Assembly (NCBI GenBank): GCA_003574895.1 | Contig: PJFB01000006.1 | Coordinates: 127,212-191,211 of the forward strand | Direction: 5' to 3' | Length of the DNA: 64,000 nt | Source of the DNA: Geobacter sp. | Lineage (GTDB): Bacteria > Desulfobacterota > Desulfuromonadia > Geobacterales > Pseudopelobacteraceae | Notes under the pieces: model-generated | What the model saw: only the letters and a program-made list of their open reading frames with translations | Database searches by the model: none | What the model was told of the DNA's origin: nothing | Translations under genes and position numbers: made by a program | In this document: piece by piece, positions 56,924 through 64,000 of the stretch | Position numbering within the stretch: the stretch's first letter is position 1 | Layout of the letters: each line of letters starts with the position of its first letter

Positions 56924-59377
56924 ATGAAAATCAAGGCAAAACTAACACTCAACATCGTGGTTGTTCTGGTCATTGTCACGGCTGTCGTGGCCACCAGCAT
57001 TTTTGGCATGTTGTTTATCAGCGGCAAGCTATCTTACCTGACCCAGCGCAGTACCCCTTACCAGATGCGCACCCTTGAATTCCAGCGCGAAATTCAGGGA
57101 GCAACAGCCAGCCTGGCCAAGGTCAATGCCTCCGGCAACCAGAAAGAATTTCAGGAATTCCGGAACGAGGCGGAAAAATCACTGGCTGAGGTTAAATCCG
57201 CCCAGGCTCAACTGGAGTCACTAAGCGGAGACACCCATCTGACCACTCACGACGAGCTGCAGCAGGTATCCAATGAACTCTTTGATACGGTTGCCAGCAA
57301 GCTGAAGTCCCAGGAAGCAGCGGTAAATGCTTACAAAACCTTGGGCAAGCAACTGCAGGACGCCAACTCACGGCTGAAAAACCTCGACTCCAAGATCAAG
57401 AACCTCCAGTCGAAGAGGACCAGCGCCTTCAGCACCGCCCTGGAAGACACCAATCGTCTTTCCGACCGCCTGCGCAGCGTGGATACAGCCCGCAGCATCA
57501 TCAAGGATCTGCAGCTTGCCTTTTACGAAATTCAGAACTCGCAAAAAAAGACCACCCTGCTGATTGCAAAGGGAAAAATAAACTCGGTCGCCAGCAAGCT
57601 GAGCCAGAACTACTACATGAAAACCTCGAAAACAGCGCTGAACGAGTCAAAGAGCATCATCGACAAACTGGACGGTCTGCAGAAACTGCAACAGAGCTAC
57701 CTGACGCAAAAAGACGAAGATAGCAAGGGCAAGATCGATGCCTTGGGCAAAGATATCGCGGACAAAATCAATTCCCTGTTTCTTGTAATCGACCAGGATG
57801 CGGTGCAAACCAGCGACAAATTCGACGCGGAGTCAATCAACCAAGGCAACAACTTCAGCCAGTCCAACATCGCCAACACAATTCTCGTCAGCAATTCCGA
57901 GCTGATGAGCCTTGGAATGGCCGTCGAAACCGAGGCGACCCGCCTGTTCACCCTGAATTCGATCAAGGAAATCGATGATGCTCTGCCGAACATCAAAACA
58001 AAATTCGCCAAAATCGGCGAGGTGACGAAGAATCTGCAAAAAGCCATGACCCGCTTGGGCATCAAGGAAGAGCTGAATGTGCTGCACGGGGTAACGAGCT
58101 CCCTGGGCAGCGTCCAGAACATGCTGTTCTCCAGTGACGGCATTGTGGCGACACTGAAACAGCGTTTCGAGATGGAGCAAAGGGCTGTACAAGTAACCCA
58201 GAAGCTGCGCAGCATCGTGCTGAGCCAGGCCGAAAAAGGCAAGGAAACCGTCACCGCTGCCCGCGGGGACCAGGAAAAGGCCATTGCCTCGGTGAACAAG
58301 ATGGTAAAAAGCAGCATCTCGCTGCTGGTGGCCATCAGCATTGCCGCGGCAATCATTGGCATCGCTTTCGGTGTGTGGGTCTTCCGCTCGGTTTCCAGGC
58401 CGTTGGGACAACTGATCCAGGTTTCGGAGAGCGTTGCCGGCGGCAACCTGCATGTGGGGGCCATGCAGCATTCCAGCGACGAATTCGGCCAAGTGCAAAA
58501 CTCCATGGAGAAGATGGTGGGAAATCTCCGCGAGATGGCTGGCAAGATATCGGACTCCACCACCACGGTGGCAACCAGCGCCGAGGAATTGTCCGCCACT
58601 GCAGGTCAGCTGGAGGAGAACTCCAGCAGTCAGTCCCAACAGATCGAACAGTCCGTTACCGCCATGACCGAGATGACCCAGACCATCCAGGATGTGACAA
58701 CCAACGCAAGCCACACGGCTGATTCCGCCGGAAAGATGAAGCAGATGGCCATGGAAGGCAGGACATCGCTCGATGCCACTTCAAGGGAACTGTTTGCCTT
58801 CGCAGAAATCGTCAAGAAATCCGGGGAACAGATTGAGGCACTGGGCGCAAAATCAGATTCCATCAACGAGGTTGTCGACATTATCAAGGATATCGCCGAC
58901 CAGACCAATCTGCTTGCCCTCAACGCCTCCATCGAGGCGGCCAGAGCCGGAGAGATGGGCCGAGGTTTCGCCGTGGTTGCCGACAGTGTCCGCCAACTGG
59001 CGCGACGTTCCACCGATTCGGCCAACGAGATCGCAAACACGGTCAGATCCATGCAAAGCGAGGTACAGTCCTCGGTATCGTCCATGAAGAGTGAGCGGGA
59101 GGCGATCGACAAGATCGTCACCCATGTGGACACCACCCAGAAGGCCATGATGGAGATCGTCACCTGCGTGGAACAGGTCTTTGACATGGTTCAGGCCATT
59201 GCCACTGCAACTGAAGAGCAGTCAGCCACCACTGAAGATATCAATCGCACCATGCTGTCCATCAATGATGTCACCCGTCAGGTGTCGGTGTCGGTAAACG
59301 ACATCAAGGGCACCTCGGACAACTTTGCACAACTTGCCTCCGACTTGCGGCAGATGGTTGGATGGTTCAAACTTTAG
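56924..59377 (+). CDS. Methyl-accepting chemotaxis protein with large periplasmic/helical sensor region
   Basis: TM1, a long sensor region, TM2, HAMP, and the MCP signalling domain ([31 protein letters not shown]). Confidence 0.8.
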   Translation: MKIKAKLTLNIVVVLVIVTAVVATSIFGMLFISGKLSYLTQRSTPYQMRTLEFQREIQGATASLAKVNASGNQKEFQEFRNEAEKSLAEVKSAQAQLESLSGDTHLTTHDELQQVSNELFDTVASKLKSQEAAVNAYKTLGKQLQDANSRLKNLDSKIKNLQSKRTSAFSTALEDTNRLSDRLRSVDTARSIIKDLQLAFYEIQNSQKKTTLLIAKGKINSVASKLSQNYYMKTSKTALNESKSIIDKLDGLQKLQQSYLTQKDEDSKGKIDALGKDIADKINSLFLVIDQDAVQTSDKFDAESINQGNNFSQSNIANTILVSNSELMSLGMAVETEATRLFTLNSIKEIDDALPNIKTKFAKIGEVTKNLQKAMTRLGIKEELNVLHGVTSSLGSVQNMLFSSDGIVATLKQRFEMEQRAVQVTQKLRSIVLSQAEKGKETVTAARGDQEKAIASVNKMVKSSISLLVAISIAAAIIGIAFGVWVFRSVSRPLGQLIQVSESVAGGNLHVGAMQHSSDEFGQVQNSMEKMVGNLREMAGKISDSTTTVATSAEELSATAGQLEENSSSQSQQIEQSVTAMTEMTQTIQDVTTNASHTADSAGKMKQMAMEGRTSLDATSRELFAFAEIVKKSGEQIEALGAKSDSINEVVDIIKDIADQTNLLALNASIEAARAGEMGRGFAVVADSVRQLARRSTDSANEIANTVRSMQSEVQSSVSSMKSEREAIDKIVTHVDTTQKAMMEIVTCVEQVFDMVQAIATATEEQSATTEDINRTMLSINDVTRQVSVSVNDIKGTSDNFAQLASDLRQMVGWFKL

Positions 59378-59437
59378 ACAAAAGTTCAGGATAGTCGGAT
59401 ATTCCGCAGAGGTTACGACATCACAGTTACAGATACC

Positions 59438-59478
59438 AACGGCCTTCCGGAATATTCCTGAAGGCCGTTCGATTTTTC
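59438..59478 (+). terminator. Rho-independent terminator after the MCP gene
   Basis: AACGGCCTTC-loop-GAAGGCCGTT followed by T5. Confidence 0.6.
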
Positions 59479-59584
59479 CTCCGATATGCCCTTTTTCTTT
59501 GCTTTCAGTGTTAAAATCTATATAATTTGTTGATTTTCAATAAAAGTCGTATGAGCCTGCCTCATGTGAAAGGAATATAAAGTA

Positions 59585-61828
59585 ATGGGCGATGTTGTAA
59601 GCAAAAAGATGCTGATTAACGTCATGCACCCGGAGGAGGCCCGCGTTGCCATTGTGCACGAAGGCCGCTTGATGGAGCTGAATATCGAAATTAGCGGCAA
59701 AGAGCAGACCAAGGGCAATATCTACAAGGGCATTGTCGTGCGGGTGGAACCGGGACTGCAGGCAGCTTTTGTCGACATCGGCAGACAAAAGCCCGGTTTT
59801 CTCCAGATGAGCGAACTGCACCCCGATTTCTGGCAGTGGCGCGACGATGTGCCGGAAGATCAGCGCAAACGCAGGCCACGTATCCAGGAAGTATTGCGGC
59901 GGGGACAGGAGTTGATAGTACAGGTCGAAAAGGATGAACGGGACAACAAAGGTTCTGCCCTTACCAGCTACATCTCCTTGCCGGGACGCTACATGGTGAT
60001 CATGCCGGGCAGCGACTCGTCCGGCATCTCCCGCAAGGTTGAACAGGAAGGTGAACGCAAGAAATTGAAAACCATCGTGGCCGCCATGACCATCCCGCCT
60101 GAGACCGGCTATATCATACGTACCGAAGCCGTTGGACACACCCAGGAAGAGTTGCAGAAGGACCTTGATAATCTGGTGGGTATGTACGAAGGCATCAAGC
60201 GGGCCGCCAACGAGATAAAAGTGGCTGGGGAGATCTACCGGGACCGGGGCCTGATCATCCGCTCCCTCCGTGACTACTTTTCCGACGATATCGACGAAGT
60301 GCTGGTGGACAGTAAGGATGCTTACCGGGAGGCCAAGGAGTTCTTTCGCGAGACCATGCCCAAGTATGAAAAACGGGTAAAGCTGCACAAGGAAAAGCGC
60401 CCGATCTTCTCGCGTTTTCAACTAGAAGAGCAGATCGATCAGATCTACGAAAAACGCGTTCCGCTCCCTTCGGGCGGCTCGCTGATCATCGAACCTACAG
60501 AGGCGCTGGTCAGCATCGATGTCAACTCCGGCAAATCCAGCGGCGAGCGCGGCATCGAGGATACAGCCTTCAAGACCAACATGGAAGCGGCCGAGGAGGT
60601 AGCCCGCCAACTGCGGCTGCGCGACCTGGGTGGTCTGATCATGATCGATTTCATAGACATGCGCGACAGGAAGCACAACAGCGAAGTTGAAAAATGTCTT
60701 AAACATGCCCTCAAGATGGATAAGGCCAGGGTCAATCTGGGCCGGATCTCAGAATTCGGCATCATGGAGATGTCCCGCCAGCGCATTGCCAAGACTTTGA
60801 ACGACGCCATTCACCTGGAATGCCCCCATTGCGAAGGACGGGGCAAGGTAAAATCGGTGGAGGCCATGGCCCTTTCCTTCCTGCGCAAGGTGCATGGCGC
60901 GGCTGCCAAGGGTACCGTATCCGAAGTGCGCGGCGGCCTGCCGCTGGAGGTGGCATACTACCTGCTGAACCGCAAGAAACGGGAGCTGGCCCAGATAGAG
61001 AACGACTATGACATAGAAGTCACGGTCAAGGGCAAAACCTCCTTCCTGTTGAACCAGTTGGAACTGGAGATTGTCAAGCGCGAAAAGGTGCGGCCGGAAG
61101 ATGTGCCGAAAAACGAGGAAGAAGAAGATTCCACGGCCATAATCACCGAAGCCTTGGACACGGATCAGGTTGCCAATGCTGAACAGGCTGCCGAGCCCAC
61201 TGCTGTGGTCGAGGGTGGCAAAAAACGCAAGCGCCGGCGCAAGAAAAAGAAACATACCGGAGAAGCGGCCCCCACAGCAGAGCAGCCGGAAACCCAACTT
61301 TCCACGGAACAGGACGAAGCCGAAACTGCGCCCGAGCAGGCACCAGCCGGCGAGGAAAGCAGCGGCGAAATCGAAGAAGCAGCGGCAAAACCCAAAAAAC
61401 GCAGGCGGCGGCGCAGCCGCAAACCCGGCAAAGGCCCGGAAACGGCAACAGAAGCTAATGATACTTCAGAAGCTACAGAACCGGCAGAAGCCCCACAAGA
61501 AATCCCGGCGCCTGAAATCGCTCCGCAAAAGGAAGAATCGTCATACGAACCGGCAGCAGCTCAGCCCGAACAAACTGCCCCGGAAAAACCCAAGCGTGTC
61601 AGGGCGCCTCGGGCCAAGAAGAAGGTCGAGCCGGAAACGGTCGAGCTCGCACCGGCAGAAGCCAAGCCTTTCGTTGAGGTCGAGGCACCAGCCCCCCCCA
61701 AGAAGCCGCGCCGGGCCGCTACAAAAAAGGTTTTTGAACCGGTCCCGGAAAACGCTGAACCGGTAGCCGATAAACCCAAAAAAGCCGCGCGGCCGCGCAA
61801 GAAAAAAACGGAAACTCCCCAGGGGTAA
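59585..61828 (+). CDS. rne: Ribonuclease E/G family endoribonuclease with Lys/Arg/Glu/Pro-rich C-terminal scaffold
   Basis: S1 domain and catalytic core (KMLINVMHPEE..., DFIDM). Low-complexity charged C-terminus. Candidate -35/-10 (TTGCTT-16-TATAAT) and a 5'-UTR hairpin upstream. Confidence 0.85.
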   Translation: MGDVVSKKMLINVMHPEEARVAIVHEGRLMELNIEISGKEQTKGNIYKGIVVRVEPGLQAAFVDIGRQKPGFLQMSELHPDFWQWRDDVPEDQRKRRPRIQEVLRRGQELIVQVEKDERDNKGSALTSYISLPGRYMVIMPGSDSSGISRKVEQEGERKKLKTIVAAMTIPPETGYIIRTEAVGHTQEELQKDLDNLVGMYEGIKRAANEIKVAGEIYRDRGLIIRSLRDYFSDDIDEVLVDSKDAYREAKEFFRETMPKYEKRVKLHKEKRPIFSRFQLEEQIDQIYEKRVPLPSGGSLIIEPTEALVSIDVNSGKSSGERGIEDTAFKTNMEAAEEVARQLRLRDLGGLIMIDFIDMRDRKHNSEVEKCLKHALKMDKARVNLGRISEFGIMEMSRQRIAKTLNDAIHLECPHCEGRGKVKSVEAMALSFLRKVHGAAAKGTVSEVRGGLPLEVAYYLLNRKKRELAQIENDYDIEVTVKGKTSFLLNQLELEIVKREKVRPEDVPKNEEEEDSTAIITEALDTDQVANAEQAAEPTAVVEGGKKRKRRRKKKKHTGEAAPTAEQPETQLSTEQDEAETAPEQAPAGEESSGEIEEAAAKPKKRRRRRSRKPGKGPETATEANDTSEATEPAEAPQEIPAPEIAPQKEESSYEPAAAQPEQTAPEKPKRVRAPRAKKKVEPETVELAPAEAKPFVEVEAPAPPKKPRRAATKKVFEPVPENAEPVADKPKKAARPRKKKTETPQG

Positions 61829-61954
61829 TACCACAGGGGCAGACAGTTGCGAGACTTGACGGGTATCAATCTTTCCTCTTGTTGTAAATCGCAATGGATA
61901 CGTGTATTGTTTGGCACCTTGAAAGGCATCCGAACAATCGACCAGGAGACAGTA

Positions 61955-63502
61955 ATGCGGAAGTTTGTTAAGGCAATATTTACTTTATTATCGATTATGT
62001 TTATGGCTGGTTGCGGTGGCGGTAGCGGTTCAACTACCGCAACAACTACGGTAACCAATCTTCCGGAAGTGGTTAAGCTTAGTGATGCAAATGTTGCAAA
62101 CAAAAGCTTTTTCAGCGTTCTGCCCAATGCGACATCCAACACTGCCTATGTCACATACACGTTCAGCAATACCCCGACATCACCGGCTGCCAACCCCGGA
62201 GATTGGAACATTTCGTCAACCGGTTCGCTTGTCTACATCGACTCAAGCTCCGTGCAGCATACCTTCACCTGCCTCCAACAGGAGGGGACATACTGGCTCA
62301 TGTCAGATGCAAGTAATAATAACAGGATCAGCAGATTTTATCTCGACATCACCTCGGCACAAACCTACTTGAACTCCATAATCGCAGCCAATGTGACACC
62401 AAATGGCGCAATACTGGGGGGCTCAGTCCAAGGAACCACCCTCCCCCTTACGTTCAGCAACGTTTCCACCGCTGCCGGCAGTATCGCCGGTACTGCCGGG
62501 CTCGACAGCGGAACCGGTGCCAGCGGCACCGATGCCAGATTCAACCACCCCCTTGGGATCGCCACGGATGGGACGTACCTGTATGTGGCCGATACCTACG
62601 GCAACACGATCCGCAAGATCGAAATCGGTACCTGGACCGTCACCCGTTTGGCAGGGAGCGCTAGCGGCCTGGCTGGGGATAATGATTCCGGTACCGCTGA
62701 CACCAATGGCGATAAAGCCACTTTCAATCTCCCTACCGGTATCACCATTGTTGGGACATCCCTTTATGTGGCTGATTACGGCAACAATACGATCCGCAAA
62801 GTTGACACAAATACCGGTATCGTTACCACGATAGCTGGAAGTTCCAGTGAAGCCGGTGCGGTTGACGCAACTGTCGGGACAAATGCGAGGTTCTATCGTC
62901 CTTTTGGCATCACCACGGATGGCACCAACCTTTACGTGGCCGATTGCGGCAATCACCTGATCCGCAAGATCGTTCTTTCAAGCAATGCGGTGTTTACGCT
63001 GGCTGGCGCCGCCGGATCCGCCGGCGCCGCGGATTCCACCGACGGCACCGGGTCTACCGCGCGCTTCAATCTACCCACACAGATTGCAACGGACGGCTCA
63101 AACCTCTATGTTACCGACTTCAACAACAGCACAATCCGCCAAATCGTGATGGCGACAGGAGAAGTGACTACCCTTGCCGGTAGCGCCGGCAACACCGGTT
63201 CTGTCGATGGCATCAAGAACGCGGCGCGATTCAACAGACCCAACGGCATCACAACCGACGGCGTGAACCTCTACGTCACCGACTCCTCCTATGCCTCCAA
63301 CAATATCCGCAGGATTGTCATCAGCACTAGGTATGTTGATACTATACAAGGCGTTGCCGGAGACACCGGTGCAGGATATGTGAACAATTCCAACGGGACC
63401 GCTAAATTCAACGGCCCTGCCGGAATCACCACTGACGGCATAAGACTTTTTGTGGCGGACAGCCTGAATAACTCCATCCGGCTGATCCGTGGAATGCAAT
63501 AA
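61955..63502 (+). CDS. NHL-repeat (beta-propeller) lipoprotein
   Basis: Lipobox FMAGC and a Gly/Ser linker. At least six repeats of RFNxPxGIATDGxxLYVADxxNNxIRKI. Confidence 0.7.
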   Translation: MRKFVKAIFTLLSIMFMAGCGGGSGSTTATTTVTNLPEVVKLSDANVANKSFFSVLPNATSNTAYVTYTFSNTPTSPAANPGDWNISSTGSLVYIDSSSVQHTFTCLQQEGTYWLMSDASNNNRISRFYLDITSAQTYLNSIIAANVTPNGAILGGSVQGTTLPLTFSNVSTAAGSIAGTAGLDSGTGASGTDARFNHPLGIATDGTYLYVADTYGNTIRKIEIGTWTVTRLAGSASGLAGDNDSGTADTNGDKATFNLPTGITIVGTSLYVADYGNNTIRKVDTNTGIVTTIAGSSSEAGAVDATVGTNARFYRPFGITTDGTNLYVADCGNHLIRKIVLSSNAVFTLAGAAGSAGAADSTDGTGSTARFNLPTQIATDGSNLYVTDFNNSTIRQIVMATGEVTTLAGSAGNTGSVDGIKNAARFNRPNGITTDGVNLYVTDSSYASNNIRRIVISTRYVDTIQGVAGDTGAGYVNNSNGTAKFNGPAGITTDGIRLFVADSLNNSIRLIRGMQ

Positions 63503-63725
63503 ATCTGCTCGGCTCCGACTCAATACGGAAGCCGGACAAGCCCGGCCCCATCCCCGTCACAGGTTGGTTTCCGAGAAATGATCAAGTAAAATCAGTAGAT
63601 TGGCAAAGGGGCATCCCCTCGATGATGTCCCTTTTTACTTGACGTGACCGAACATCAGGGATATTTATATCTGTCTTTTCCTATGCAATATATTATTGTC
63701 ACCTAGAAAGGCTGAATAGAAAAAA

Positions 63726-64000
63726 ATGGAAGAGCTCAGCGAACTCCTTCTGCAGAGAAGGCGCAAAGTGGATACCCTCTGGGAAGCCGGAATCAATCCC
63801 TATCCCAACGATTTCAAACCGCAGCATACCTCGGCCGATATAGTAGCCGCTTACGGCGACAAAGAGCAGATCGATGCGGCACAGGAAAATTTTATCGTTG
63901 CCGGCCGCATCCTGGCCCGCCGTTCCTTTGGCAAGGCCGCCTTTATCCAGTTGCAGGACCGCAAAGGCCGAATCCAGCTTTATGTCAAAAAGGACGAAAT
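63726..64000 (+). CDS. lysS: Lysine--tRNA ligase (partial, 5' end; continues beyond the window)
   Basis: N-terminus MEELSELLLQRRRKVDTLWEAGINPYPNDF...GRI..R is typical of class II LysS. Candidate promoter TTGACG-17-TATTTA upstream. Confidence 0.7.
   Translation, partial: MEELSELLLQRRRKVDTLWEAGINPYPNDFKPQHTSADIVAAYGDKEQIDAAQENFIVAGRILARRSFGKAAFIQLQDRKGRIQLYVKKDE

Noticed and set aside
1-64000. tRNA, rRNA or other structured RNA genes
   Set aside because: No cloverleaf-compatible GC-rich ~75-nt segments or rRNA-like conserved stretches were recognised in intergenic regions. tRNAscan or Infernal would be needed for a definitive negative.

Overview
The window reads as a roughly 60% GC chromosomal segment from a Geobacter/Desulfuromonadales-like deltaproteobacterium. 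That assignment is inference, based on many multiheme c-type cytochromes with paired CXXCH motifs, abundant PAS-domain sensor kinases and c-di-GMP enzymes. Gene order along the window is as follows. (1) A sugar-phosphate isomerase and galE. (2) A periplasmic cytochrome cluster: a 15-heme cytochrome, a TPR protein, a TlpA-like thioredoxin-fold/TPR fusion that has lost its CxxC cysteines, and an 8-heme cytochrome. (3) A complete Pho regulon block, phoB-phoR-pstS-[~470 bp insert]-pstC-pstA-pstB-phoU. (4) A PAS histidine kinase with a REC-PAS-PAS-GGDEF partner. (5) A radical SAM protein divergent from a class I glutamine amidotransferase, then SppA, a small PAS protein, a LuxR-type regulator, and two large multi-PAS histidine kinases. 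(6) An EAL-HDOD protein and an unusual 836-aa SPFH/band-7 protein carrying six tandem ~64-aa repeats. (7) A compositionally mosaic stretch from ~34.0 to 42.6 kb, with alternating ~36-40% and ~60% GC, that encodes almost only secreted, membrane or DUF proteins. These include a heme-binding-domain protein, lipoproteins, a PaaI thioesterase, a retropepsin-like aspartic protease, DUF2059, a Zn-ribbon membrane protein, DUF4236, a DUF559 endonuclease-domain gene bracketed by ~80-bp hairpin-containing direct repeats, 17-bp tandem repeats, and an array of four GTAAAG-N3-CTTTAC palindromes. (8) MFS transporter, an NAD-dependent dehydrogenase, a ferredoxin plus an octaheme nitrite-reductase-like cytochrome with a CXXCK motif, then Bcp, YceI, Hpt, PrmC, a periplasmic peroxiredoxin, PpiB, a rubrerythrin-like protein, and an FAD disulfide oxidoreductase with DedA. 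(9) Two paralogous PstS-like binding proteins next to a methyl-accepting chemotaxis protein, then RNase E, an NHL-repeat lipoprotein and the 5' end of lysS. No rRNA, tRNA or CRISPR was recognised. The best candidates for something new are the mosaic island of unknown-function envelope proteins with its repeat and operator architecture, the repeat-expanded SPFH protein, the cysteine-less TlpA-TPR protein embedded between cytochromes, and the binding-protein/MCP module. All product calls come from motif recognition by eye; no database search was possible.
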